64,000 bases of DNA from Tubiluchus corallicola (Eukaryota > Animalia > Priapulida): the NCBI GenBank assembly GCA_030141605.1, contig JAQGDQ010000618.1, positions 62,001-126,000 on the forward strand. Reading direction: 5' to 3'. Under the pieces are notes generated by a model. The model was not told the DNA's origin, made no database searches, and saw nothing but the letters and a program-made list of their open reading frames with translations. The first letter of the stretch is position 1. Each line of letters starts with the position of its first letter. Below are positions 23,670 to 35,718 of the stretch, in pieces. Made by a program: the position numbers and the translations under genes.

Positions 23670-25693
23670 ATCCTTCCTAGGAAAAGGATGATTGGTTGAT
23701 GTTTTAGTGGCTTCTCTTTTTTTGCAGAAAAAATCTCTAATAAATTTGATGTGGGGTTGTTTCAAGCACACTGCCACCAGTCTTAAGAATGCTTATGTTA
23801 CTACTCTTGTAAGTACGAATTTACTTTTTCATTAAGCTACGTTAGCACGAGTTTAATCGTCAACGTACATTGCAATTCCCGATAATTCTATCTTTAATTG
23901 CTTTCTGAAAATCTCGAGTATGTATAATTGCCATTTAATTTTTGTATATCTTAAAGAGAAAAAGATACTGTAAACCTTGTACTAAATATTTTTGATTTTT
24001 TCCATGAGTTCAACTCTGTTGTGGCTTTACTGTTGTATATAAATGTATGAAGTGCAATGCATAACTACTTGTGGTGTGTTAGTAGGTAGCACTATTACCT
24101 ACATGATTATTGTTAATTACATACGTTTACATAGCACTTACATCTAAATAAGCTGCACAACTGCTATACTGTAGTAGTCTCTTACGCATTAGTTGTGCAT
24201 TTATATAAAAGCGGGCTGAGTAACTGCTTGTGGTGTGTTAAACAATACATGCTTTATATAAATATGAAAGAACGTGTGTTTTCTGTGGAATTTTTAACAC
24301 TGAGCTGCTAAAATCTTGCACCCCTCTAGACTTGGCATACTTGACAGCAGCCGTAAGTCCTTGTTTAACGATGCTAATGTGTTCAACCAAAATGCGACAA
24401 AACTTCCATAGAAAATAATGTAAAAGAATTGAGACATGTTCCAGAGGCAAAAATTAATGCTGCTTAAAACACATATAAATTAAACCTTTTTATGAGTCTC
24501 ATATTTCTAGTGATTAATTGTTTCCTGTTTGCTTGAAGCTACATAACTTTCTTACCAATAGCTAGCAGACTTGCTGGCAGTTTTTCTTTCATTAACCTTG
24601 CAGCCCTACATATAGGCAGTTAGCAATTAAACACTGCATAATTAAAACATCAAAGCGTCTTTGAGAAAGTTTCACTAGTACTATAATCTGGTTACCATAG
24701 CAGCAGGTTGCAGAAAGAATTCCTCGGCAGCATATAAACTGCAAACTGATCTCACGTGATACCAATGGCTAGCATTTAGTAGTACATATTGAGTCGTTAA
24801 GCAAAAAACGTAGAATGATTGTACTGTTTTACATTAGTGGTACATCATTAAAACAAAATAATACAATATGTACTGTATTAATGCTTCAAAATTAGGTAAA
24901 ATAGTTGTAAATCAAAATAAAAATAGCTTTCAGCAAAGTAAAAAAAAATCATCTTTAAAACGAAACGTCGCCAAACTGGGAGTCGTTAAGTAAACACTTG
25001 GTTGGCATCCTTCTGTCTCGGATGACAATGGAGTGTGCGCTAAGAGAGTCTGATCCTTGAACGTCTCCAGGGCGCACGCCTGGGCAAGGTATATGGAGAT
25101 CCTGAGTTGCCCAGACAACAGGAACCCCCTGTCTTCCTCCCTGGTGTAGTCCAAAGGAAAGCGGAGCGATACGTTTGGCACCAGGTTGGTTGCAGGAGCT
25201 GCCGGAGTCAATGAGCATGCTGGACTGGTCCGCCTTTGGGGCTCCGCTATTGATTTGGAAGGTTTACTCCTCTACACATAGCCGTTGGGTCACTTGACCT
25301 CCTCCGTCCTCTAGCCGTTGGCTGCTTGTGCAGCTCCTCCGCCTAGTGTTGAGATACAGTGTTGGCATCCCGCAAACCTACAGCACCAAGTATTCCTAGG
25401 CGGTCACCCATCCAAGTACTCTGCTTAACTTCGGTGATCAGACGAGAACCGGTGTTTTCAACGTGAACACTTACTGTATGTGTAAACCAGAAACAATCAA
25501 CAGAAATTGTCAGTTTTTACTATTGATTTCTGACTTATTATTTTTGCAGGGCACTGACCCAGACATGAAGGACTACATCTGGGTGACCAGTAGCGGATTA
25601 AATATTCACGGTGTTCTGAACTTGCCGCCTGTCCCGCAACAGTCTGCCCAACATGACCACTGGTCACTCAAGGCAGATCTTAGTTTCGTGTAA
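11302..25693 (+). CDS. ~923-aa protein: disordered basic/acidic N-terminus + C-terminal EEP (CCR4/PDE12/Angel/nocturnin-like) domain with degenerate active site; exons 11302-11405, 12791-12899, 14218-16063, 16975-17090, 19078-19263, 22976-23161, 23728-23808, 25550-25693
   Basis: Eight GT-AG exons join in frame (2772 nt including TAA). EEP motifs appear in the expected order: SFDVN, DIICLQE, GLAVFFK, VANVH, PMILCGNFA, LKNAY, KDYIW, HDHWSLKADLSF. Exon 3 is the 625-aa ORF at 14194-16071. Confidence 0.88.
12124..12538. mobile_element. MITE with repeated AAGTCAGGGAAA motifs
   Basis: Inverted homolog at 48676-49130; end gtgggaaccctg. Confidence 0.75.
16378..16836. repeat. 154-bp tandem repeat, 3 copies
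   Basis: ttttcaggctgtaattt at about 16378, 16532 and 16686. Confidence 0.92.
17590..18073. mobile_element. hAT-like non-autonomous element, same family as 10539-10971
   Basis: gtggcgtagcc start, ggctacgcccct end, shared internal block. Confidence 0.7.
18018..18950. repeat. 57-bp minisatellite (~13 copies) followed by ~50-bp deletion variants
   Basis: Unit tgtcacagcaccttttttgtgcttgctctccctaacttaagaacctggctacgcccc; produces the spurious 259-aa ORF. Confidence 0.95.
19810..20792. repeat. 82-bp minisatellite, ~12 copies
   Basis: Unit cccacaacagccaaacaccatgttgctggagctgtgagcgcactgtgctgggctgtgaagcaaacagtactattctcacgta. Confidence 0.97.
21492..21830. repeat. Degenerate ~53-bp tandem repeat
   Basis: Recurring gcaatcttatgatacagtgtga..tggtga.gtgtcatac. 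Confidence 0.75.
23385..23667 (+). mobile_element. tRNA-derived SINE with conserved central domain and (ATT)n tail
   Basis: A box tagtctagtgg, B box gagttcgaacc, then cataccaaagactttaaaaatggtacc (resembles the Meta/MESC-type SINE core, from memory), aataaa and (att)n tail. Confidence 0.8.
25001..25370 (+). mobile_element. RTE-clade LINE 5'-UTR-like non-autonomous segment
   Basis: GC-rich block starting gttggcatccttctgtctcggatgacaatggagtg...cctgggcaag...gtccaaaggaaagcggagcgatacgtttggcaccag resembles RTE 5' ends as recalled; gttggcatcc occurs at both 25001 and 25361. Confidence 0.55.
25375..25465 (-). pseudogene. 5S rRNA-derived fragment (5'-truncated, internal deletion); 5S pseudogene or SINE3 head
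   Basis: Reverse complement cacgttgaaaacaccggttctcgtctgatcaccgaagttaagcag/agtacttggatgggtgaccgcctaggaatacttggtgctgtagg matches metazoan 5S with the segment between the A box and C box deleted. Confidence 0.85.
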
Positions 25694-26733
25694 GCCGGCG
25701 GCCATCTGTGGGTTGACCGTTGACCCGTCTGTACAGCCTTTGGTTTGTTGAGTTTACAACATTTGCGTCGTTCGTATCTTGTTAGATGACTTGACACTTT
25801 GTGTGTTAACTAGTTTATAGCTTTAGTGTCAGTGGTGTGTATACTGCAAGTTCCAAGTGAATTTTTATAAACGAGTTAGGACGAAGTAATGTGAAACGTA
25901 CCATTTATTCAGGCCACATAATTGAGAGTGGAAGTCCAGAATGCTTGACCGTTCTGCTATGGTTTTCATACCATTCTACTGTCATTTACTTGTAGATATC
26001 GTAGTCATTGTTTCCTGCGAGGACATTTGTATTTACAATGTCTAATGAAATATGTTCCAGAAAATTCTCCAAATACTTTACATTTGGTCGAAAATTCACC
26101 GTTTTTCCAAAAGACTGGTTTTGTACAGCACATTTTACAGCATTTTCATTTCAGTATTTTTTATACTATAATAATTTGTCAATGAATTATTTTGTTTCAG
26201 TAATTGCACTGAACGTGAATTTATTAGTATATTTTTTCTTTCACCTAAAGTCTATTTAAGTGCGTTAGTACTTACTGCTTATGTATTATAATTCAGTGGT
26301 GTCATCTATGGGTCTTTTCTGTCAGAAATTAATAAATCAGTAGATTGTTAACAAACTGGTTTCGAAATCTTTCTAATCTTTGGGAAATTTCTAGACTTTG
26401 GTTTATGTGACTGGTAAATTTTGACGTGACGTCGACACATGAGCAATGAAGTTTGAGATTAGATTGTGCAATCGATTTTAGTAATTTGTCATTTTCATGC
26501 CAGACAGCAACACTTTTGAGAATTGATAAGCAAAGCGTGTGCCTGAGGGAAGTTTATAGCTTTGGTAAATTACCGTCTCCTTAATCTGATTTTGCCGTCA
26601 ATTAATGTTTGCATAAATCACCTTTAGTAATATTTATCTCATCTGTAATTTTTTGTAGAGTTCATTCGTGTTACATGTGTCTTGAAAAGATCAATTTGCT
26701 TTTCGCATGTGGCAGGATATCAGCCAGCATTTA

Positions 26734-27188
26734 CCGTATTTTCCCGTGTATAAGAGACCCTTGTGTATAAGAGACCCCTTCAATTTTTAGGCAAAAATTC
26801 TGGAAAAAAGTTTTTTCAGACGGACATTTTTAGAGGGTAGAGTACAACTTTTTTCAACTCAGTGCGGTACTGAAAACAAAATAAAACCAGTTAATGTGTT
26901 GTAGAAAAAGAGTACTGGTATATATTAAAGTGCGTACCTGCAAACCTGTAACAGGAAAAGAGAAAACGAGGAGATAATGCCTGTGTCACGATGCTTGTAT
27001 TGCTTACAACCGCTTCATAGTCGAACGCGACACGCAAAACAGTTGTAGAGCACTTATTTCTTTAAAATCATTAGTGTCACAATTTATGCATCTTATTGAA
27101 AAGACTTACTCCCATGTATAAGAGACCCCTGATTTTTAAAGTGAAAATTCTGAGCAAAAAAGGGTCTCTTATACACGGGAAAATACGG
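26734..27188. mobile_element. Tc1/mariner-superfamily MITE
   Basis: Perfect ~28-bp TIR ccgtattttcccgtgtataagagaccct, flanked by TA on both sides; internal repeats of tgtataagagaccc. Confidence 0.92.
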
Positions 27189-27420
27189 TAAGTAGCTTTT
27201 TCTTTTGGGCGTGTATTATTTTAGTGCATAAAAGATTTTCACCTGCACTTGTACCTTGTACCTTGACACCTACAGTATCTTGTACTTAAATATCCGTCTG
27301 TCTCCCTACGGCAAGAGTTAAAGGAAAAGACACGTCCTCTAGGAGGCTAAGCTTATTTCAACTTTTGCAAAAAATGTTAGACGGATTTAGTAATGAAATG
27401 CATTTTATTTTAGTTAAATT

Positions 27421-27985
27421 AGAATAATATAAGCACCTCATGTAATTAGTAAAATCACTTTAAAGTTGTGATCACTTCACACTTGAAATCCACTTAATTT
27501 TAATAGATTAAAATAATATAAGCGCCTCATGTAATTAGTAAAATCACTTTAAAGTTGCGATCACTTCACACTTAAAAAATCAACTTAATTTTAATAGATT
27601 AAAATAATATAAGCACCTCATGTAATTAGTAAAATCACTTTAAAGTTGTGATCACTTCACACTTGAAATCCACTTAATTTTAATAGATTAAAATAATATA
27701 AGCGCCTCGTAAAACTAGTAAAAACACTCTTTTGCGCTCCCATTTTCAATGCCTGTTATTCTTCCAATGACGTCATTCGTCTTGAAGAGAAGTAGTGCAC
27801 TAACAATCTTCATCAAAAGTATAAAAGTTTTTACAAAAAAATAGATAGCTGATTCTGCAATACTGTTGCGTGAACGATAGGTAAACTGCAGAAGTCCGTT
27901 TAGCAGTCAGTCAGTTTAGCAGCGTGCGGTTCAGGAAAGCCACGACGCGCTTACAAGAAATCACCAGGTCTCCCAGTTACGTCAT
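27421..27985. repeat. Dispersed repeat with ~90-bp tandem triplication; inverted homolog at ~55965-56445
   Basis: Three aataatataagc.cctcatgtaattagtaaaatcactttaaagttg units; downstream blocks match the reverse complement of 56270-56443 and 55965-56017. Confidence 0.75.
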
Positions 27986-28074
27986 GAGTTTCAACTGAAT
28001 GGTGGCACACATCAACACCTCAAAAATTTCTATTCAGAAGCTGTATGTTTTAAAGTTATGCTTTACAGGCAGTT

Positions 28075-28497
28075 GTTTAAGAGATAGCATTGAAATAAAC
28101 CCAGCATGCTAAAGGACTTGTCCTTTTCTTTAACACACCAGAAACAGTTTAAGAGATGACATTGAAATAAACTCAGCATGCTAAATGACTTATCCTTTTC
28201 TTTAACACACCACAAACAGTTTAAGAGATGACATTGAAATAAACTCAGCATGCTAAATGACTTATCCTTTTCTTTAACACACCACAAACAGTTTGAGAGA
28301 TAACATTGAAATAAACTCAGCATGCTAAATGGCTTGTCCTTTTCTTTAACACACCACAAACAGTTTAAGAGATAACATTGAAATAAACCCAGCATGCTAA
28401 ATGACTTGTCCTTTTCTTTAACACACTACAAACAGTTTAAGAGATAACATTGAAATAAACCCAGCATGCTAAATGACTTGTCTTTTTCTTTAACACG
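28075..28497. repeat. 60-bp minisatellite, ~7 copies
   Basis: Unit gtttaagagataacattgaaataaactcagcatgctaaatgacttgtccttttctttaacacaccacaaaca-like. Confidence 0.93.
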
Positions 28498-30035
28498 TCC
28501 TTTTTTACACATCCATATCTCTCCTCCAGAGCAAGAGTTAAGCATCTTCAGCATGTCTCGGTACGGACACTGAACCACTAAGCTCGATCATTTTTAATTA
28601 ACAAATCTTAAAATTTTATCGCCAAAATTTTTTCAACTACATCCGTTCCAAGCATTTTTACAAAAATATCAATACTGGTCATTACGTCAAAAATAGAAGT
28701 ACACAACAAGTGTGTACTCGACTTACTTGAATAAAGTTGTTTAGAATCTCTAGTAATATAAACAGTGCTGTTATGAGTATGTTTACAAAAACATAAGTTC
28801 CCAACAGATATTTTCCTTGACAGGTTTAAAATAAGTTTTTGAAATGTTTGCCAGAAACTGAATGATTGTGTAAATACAGTTGCGTGGACTAAACTAACAT
28901 ATGAGTGTTTTTTTACATAAATTAACATTTTTATGCTGCATATTGTGCATATTGCTGATTTGTTGTGCATTACAATGGAGCAAATTTGGTGAAATTTGTC
29001 AAATTTTGCATTACTGAACTTACCGTAGTTCACGATTGTCAATTTTGCCTGTTATGACATCAGTAACGTAGACATTGTTCTGAAATTTCGCTTTTTCACT
29101 TTTGACATTTTGTTTTCAGCTGTATTGTTTTCGCACAATTTTGTTCAACTGTCGTGTTCATCGTCTGATCATTGCCGAGTGTTGAAAACATTTGTGGCGC
29201 GTTCAGACGTAGAGACTTCACAACTTGTTGCGCGTGTGAACGGCTTGGGAAGTTTCTCCGTCTAAGCGTGCCTTTAGAGCAACGTTAATAATTTTATGAA
29301 TGTTAAGAGTATTTTTTTCTAAATTCAGTAACTTGCCTTTGTGATTCGTGTTGATTTGCTGTAGTCTCTCGGTTCAATAAACTCGCTGCTGTTGTCAGTA
29401 TCATTTTGCTGTTGTATTTATGATAATTCGTTTTTTTCTCATAAAAATGTCTGTAATTGTAACCAGTTGTATTACTGAGTCAATAAAATTTAACGAAAAT
29501 AAAATTTGCAATTTTTGTTTGTTGTGTAATTGTGACGCCATTGCGTAATTGTGTCGTTTCATCCCAAATTAAAAAATTACTTACTAAAAAATAAAAAAAC
29601 TGCTTTATTAACCGTTAATTCCAAAAATAAAAAGGATTATAATAAACCTAATTAATAAACCACATTTTACGCCAACTTTTTTTCTGCTAGACTTCAAAAT
29701 TTTTCTTTCTCTACTTTCCAACACGCGCACACTACAGCATACTCGCTGTTGTCATAGTAACTGGCGTCTCCTATACAAGCCATCAAAGTAACTGGCGTCT
29801 CCTATACAAGCCATCAATTCTGTGATTTAGGCATATTAATTGAAGCTGAATTATTCGCTTCTAATGATTACTGAAGATTGATTTAACTGACGTGACAAAA
29901 GCTGTATATTTCAACTTGACGGTTTGCACCCTAACATGTCAGAAACCTTTATAATTATCAGTTAATGTAGACTAGTGACAACACAAAGTGTAGTTTAAAA
30001 ACTATCGTACATCGTACTGTCACTGTCATTCAGTC

Positions 30036-31112
30036 CAGAGGCGTAGCTAAGGGGGGGTGAAAGGGACAATCGTCCCGGGGAGCAAAGGTGAGAGGCTGGA
30101 AAATTCTTCTAAAGTTTAATGAATGTTAATTATTACTGATCCAGCATTAGCAATTAACAAAAGTTTTCAAACTACAACAAAATTGTCAAGTCAAAAGTCA
30201 TCATAGCTGATATAATTGCTACAAACAGTCTAACGAGGAACTACTGGCGCGTGGCTTAGCAAATCGATAATTTTGAGAGAAACATTGACCTTTTTTCTAA
30301 ATGCCGATTGTTTTACTGTGAAAACCTGTACTGTTTTGTACCTTTCATAATTGTTGCACTTGTTTTAATGCTCGATCTAAGTCTTTAAGGGCTGTCGTGT
30401 TTTCGAGCAACTTATGCACAGAAAAGACTTATGCATTATTCTGGTGCAGTAACGTTATTAAAGTGATTCTTAGAAAAAATTCGTTTATCCATATCCCATC
30501 ATGTCGAAAAAAGAGTCAGGCTCACGGTCGGTGGCAAAAACGTGCACAATTTAAAGCTTCAGTGACGAAACAATTGATAAAAACATTAACCTTTTCATAC
30601 CCGTTGTATCCCTTGGGATACGAGAATATTTTCTGCCTTTAAAATTAATAAAATTTTAAAACTGACAGTTATTTGATCTGTTAATGGTTATTTTGATTTA
30701 AACCAATAACAATAGACTGAAAATGGTGATAAAATGGCAAACTAGAAAATCTACATAGCATAATAAACTGCGCAAGGTACAGTACTTTAGAGACGACTTT
30801 GTACAGATCAGGATAGCATGCATACTAAATGTCTTAAATACTTTAAAAAATTATCAGCAGTTGCAAAATGAAGCACATTTTATGCGGAATTGAATCCCAA
30901 TGTATCCTGTGGAATACAGGCTATATTTAGCACGCGGGCACAGGTAGAAAAAAATAATTATTATGTGTAAACAAGATGGACATACTGAACAAAAGTGCCA
31001 AAAGCCAAAAAAATTTTCTTATTAAAAAAATAATTTGGGACTGAAAGGGTTAACAGGGTAGGACGCAAGAATTTTTTTGCCCCTGGGTGACACAACACTT
31101 CCTATGCCACTG
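30036..31112. mobile_element. hAT-like element (CAG[A/T]GGC[G/A]TAG ends) containing a nested TTAA-flanked element
   Basis: cagaggcgtagc ... cctatgccactg. Confidence 0.55.
30590..31049. mobile_element. piggyBac-like MITE
   Basis: TTAA-ccttttcatacc ... gggactgaaaggg-TTAA. Confidence 0.6.
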
Positions 31113-32929
31113 ATTCAGTCAAGATGTTTTATGATGTTAAAACTCCCCAGCTAATAAAATCTGAGATCTGGTTGTTGACGCTTTAACAGAAAATTAGCAG
31201 GTTATTTTTTTAATTTCTGCAGTCTTTCCAAAACTCGGCTTCTGCTAAAGTTAATCTATGTTTTTTTTTATATTGAAACTTATTATGCATTTTGTTAACT
31301 ATAATATTTACAAGTCTGGATTACCCTGTTGGCTAGTCTAGGCTGCGGCCTGATGCCCTTCAAGTTTGGGGCGCATACTTTGCATTGCTTACTTTAGAAA
31401 ACGAAAGTCTGAAAGTCCCATTTTAAAGTGGCTCTTCATTTGAGATAAAGGGTCTCTGTTTGAAGCCCTTTGTTTGAGATATTCGAGACGAGTTCGAGCA
31501 AATTAAAGAGTGGCTTCGTCTGAAGGGGCCCCATAATTTCATTATTAGCCTAAGGGCCCCAAAAGGTCACAATCTGGTATTTAGTGTTGTCATTCTTGTG
31601 TTTAATGAAGAAGTGTGAATTGTAGAATTTATCATTCTTCGCTTCACTACTTCCATATATAATCGTAATTGAAGATGATGGGATGGACTTGACAAGTGGA
31701 GCAGTAACCCAATTCTTAATCCGGCCCTCGCCCTTACTGTACATCAAGTTTTCCAGCGATCCTCTTATCTACGGAACTCGCTACCAGGAAATTGCTTCCC
31801 TGTGATCTATAACCTCAGCCACATAAGGGAAAGTGATAACAATGTGCACTTCCTATCGCTAACAAATTACTGATAAAAATTCTATTTTGAACACAGTTGA
31901 GAACAACGAATTCTCCAATAAGATTACGTTGTGCTTATACAGTTTAGCTCTCTACAAGCTGGGATCCAGCATTTAACTCCTACTAACGTCAAATGATTGT
32001 GACAGAACCGAAAGTCTGCTTAGATATCAAGACTGATCAACGATGAATCTGTTGAACACACTTGAATGCTTCGTTCACTTTGTCAGATGCCCGGAAGGGG
32101 CGTATCAATACTTTACTGCACCCTAGGTTAATAGTTCTGTCCCGCCCATCTCGGGAAAATATTATTTATGTAATGAGCACAATAAACAATTACTTGTGGT
32201 GTATTAGAAACACTATTACTCTAGTTTCTACGTGAATATTATTATTAGATTACACGTACTTGCATGGCATTTATATTCAAGGAAGCTACGCAACTGCTTG
32301 TTGTGTAATAACTTACACCTGTTCATTATGTGGCACTTATATAAAAGCTGCCTCAGTAATTGCCTGTGGTGTGTTATAAAATGCGCCCTTTACATGAGTA
32401 TGAAAGTATACATATTTTCCAAGTAGAATTTTTTCTAAATTGTGACACTTCTCGAACTTTGGCGCCCTAGGCTACAGCCTAGTCAAGCTAGTCTATTGGT
32501 TAAAACGTCCCTGACTGAGGGGGTAAGATTCAAACAGATAAAATTGCACAGAAAAACTTTTTCTCGGCATTTACTAACCTTTCCATTTTCTAATCAAACC
32601 CGACGCTGCTAAACTTTTGTTAGCCAATACACACCATCGCTACTAATCAGCTTTATTTATTCATTAAATAAAAAGTAGTACTTCTGCCGGCATGAAAAAC
32701 ATTTTAGTAATTTATTATTATATACGCCTACAGTAATACATCTGTATAGCAGTAATAAAACACGAAATAAAACATGGCATACTGAAACAAGGAATTAATC
32801 AAATGTAGGTGCATATGGCCTATATATAAAAGCAAACTTTGTATCAAAAGCATTTTATTATATTTGAAATATGTGGGAAATTTCAAGATTACCCACACCT
32901 ATCTCTGCACCTCTATTTGTCTTTGGCTA

Positions 32930-33120
32930 ACTCTATTTTTCTCTTTCCCTCTCTCAGTTTCTTCCTGCCTCTCCAGCTGCCCCTTCTATTATTTGTTCTC
33001 CTTGCTCTTCCCCTTTACTCTCTCCCCCTTTCCTGCTACCTTCCCTCCCTATTTATTCTTGTGTTCATTCTTCCATATCTCCCTTCGCCCACCTAAATCT
33101 CTCTCCTTACTTTTTTCTCT

Positions 33121-33173
<53 letters not shown>

Positions 33174-33202
33174 TCCCCCATCTCTCTCTCTCTTCCCCCT
33201 CC

Positions 33203-33235
<33 letters not shown>

Positions 33236-33246
33236 CCCTCTCTCTC

Positions 33247-33282
<36 letters not shown>

Positions 33283-33380
33283 TACCCTCATTCTCCACTC
33301 TTCCTCACCACTCTTTTTCTGCTGTTGCCGCCCCTTTTCCACTCCTTGTCTCCTCCCAATACTTCTTCCTTCCACTTTCG
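32930..33380. repeat. (CT)n / pyrimidine-rich low-complexity tract
   Basis: Direct reading. Confidence 0.95.
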
Positions 33381-33994
33381 CTCCTCGCTACATAAAGTGG
33401 CAGTTTTACAAAATCATCTGCGCTGTTTTATTCTCCGAGTGCTTCTCACCCTTCAAGAGCACCAATCTATAAACCATTGTCACGTGACCAAAACAGTATT
33501 CAGATCAATACATGAATGCCGGGAAATTCCTTCCAGGTGCTGCAGCTGGGAATTTACCAACGAGCTTCATCATGCGATTTTGTTAAACCGCTTTATAACG
33601 TTCTGATGTATACATGACAAACAATGCCCTAGCTGAGAGCACGTGTAATCTTACCCATTAATCTATATGTACTAGCTGTGCTGACACAGCTTACATATCC
33701 CATAACTATAGGTTTTATAAGTAGTATAAATTCCCCATTTAAAACCTGATTACATAGAGAACAATCACTCCTGTCCAGGGACGGATTTTCCCATAGGCTA
33801 GTGCAGGCTGCAGCAATAGGAGTTTTCACAAACGTTGGGAACCGCAATCATTGCTCACATTTAACAAAAAATGTGTTTTTTATCAAGGCTGTGTTGAAAT
33901 ATCTGCTGATTTAATTTGCAATAAATAGTAAAATAGTGGTAATTCTTAAATAATATTTTATTGACAAAACCCGCAAAAGAATTTTGCGCATAAA

Positions 33995-34480
33995 CTCACA
34001 ACAACCCACACCACACCAACCTACCACGTCAATCTCAATACACCACACCACTCACAACACCACATTATCCTCGCCATACCACAACACCACATCACCCTCA
34101 CCATACCACAACACCACATCACCCTCACCATAGCACACCACCCACCCACACAACACACCACACCCACCATACCACCCACACCACATCACACCATACCAAC
34201 ACACTGGTCCACTCACAGCACACCACCCACACAACACCATACCACAACAAACATCACCCACCACACTACACCAACACCCTACCACCCCACCTGATTGTCC
34301 ACACAACATCACCCACACTGCACCAACTTCACGCACACCTTACCACCCCACCATACCATCCACAGCACACCACCACCACCCACCACATCACACCGTGATC
34401 ATGATGTTGAAGGATGATGATGATGATGATGGCGGCAACAATGACGACACCTACAGCACCAGCACCAGCACCAACAGCAC
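33995..34480. repeat. (CACCA)n-like low-complexity tract
   Basis: Direct reading. Confidence 0.9.
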
Positions 34481-34606
34481 TGCATCACAACAAAACTATT
34501 CCAAACATTTTCCACAAAGTCAAACTCAAAGACAATGGATGTTCCACACAGCGTGCAGGAGCTGTAGCCTCGTCGGTTATATATATACCAGCAGAATTAA
34601 TATAAT

Positions 34607-35240
34607 AACTAGCAAAGGCCCCGCAAAAAATTTTGCGTAAAAATTCACTTATAATCAAAAATACGCGAACATCCTATTAAGTCCTCATTTATAACGCAAA
34701 GCCAGTAGCTTTTACTGAATTAAAGTTATAAGGTTATAAGCAGAGTATAATGGATGACGTCAGAACAATGGCTTCTGACAGTTCAACAGTTTGCCAAGCA
34801 AAAATAGAACATCTAATTAACTCGTCGGCGCTCCTCTTGGTGGATGTGTCCTAAAATATAGCCCACATCATCGTGCAGCCCTGTTCTTGCTCTTTCTAAA
34901 GAGCTATATATCTCCTTTCGAGAGTCTCACCAGGCGCCGCTAGAACGTTTTCTACAGACTGTTTGACCAAAATTTCGAAAAAAATCGGGAGTTGGGTCCG
35001 GGAAAACACCCGTTGCGTTGTGCCGTGACCCTCCTGCGAATTCTAAATATGCCTACTACACCCACCTTTGAACGGACTATCTATCCATTACTGACACTGC
35101 CCGGCACGTTCTCGTTCTCTAGAAATAAGAGGTATAAGTTTTGCAATTTTTGCAAAAAACGTCGGCCAAAAAAGTGCGTTTTTGGAGGTTTTTCGGCCCC
35201 CGTTCCTCCCGGTGGGCCCGATTCGAATCTTATATACATA
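34607..35240 (+). mobile_element. Possible Helentron/HINE-like non-autonomous element
   Basis: Starts aactagcaaaggccccgcaaaaaattttgcg (hairpin) and ends ...gaatcttatatacat; a similar hairpin lies at 33970-33990. Confidence 0.4.
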
Positions 35241-35329
35241 TCACTAGAACAGCTATCTTTTGTTTGTTTATTAATTTACCTTAATAATAATTAATTATTA
35301 GTTTGTGAATGGTATACCAGCGAAATTGA

Positions 35330-35718
35330 TAAACAAGGCAAAATCATTCTCTGAAGCTTTTCGTGCGTCGAATTGCTAAAGTATTATTTGGTCAATTTTT
35401 CTCAAATCATGTTGTGCCGATTTGGAACTCATTGCCTGCATATGTTGATGGTGCACCCCTCGTAACTGCACAAAATATTAAGTTATTTAAAAGCCGCTTA
35501 TATAAGATCAACTCGCATAAATTCCTTGTACACAATAGACACACGTAAGCGGTTAATCTCTTTGTGTTTTTACCACACTCTTGTAAATATTTAATTTATT
35601 ATTTTTTCAAACTTGTTTTATATATATATATATTAAATATATATTATATTGTTTTTATTGTAGACTTTTTAATTATTTTAATATTGGTGTGAATAAAATA
35701 AATAAATAAATGAATAAA
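35330..35718 (+). mobile_element. CR1/L2-type LINE 3' fragment
   Basis: Translates to NHSLKLF...QFFSNHVVPIWNSLPAYV...KLFKSRL (typical ORF2 C-terminus), followed by an (AAAT)n tail. Confidence 0.75.

Noticed and set aside
25375-25465. Functional 5S rRNA gene
   Set aside because: 5'-truncated, with an internal deletion in the internal control region and no T-run terminator.
32839-34640. RE/SL-repeat and Val/Gly-rich ORFs (also 53733-54250 and 8410-8635)
   Set aside because: Microsatellite translations.
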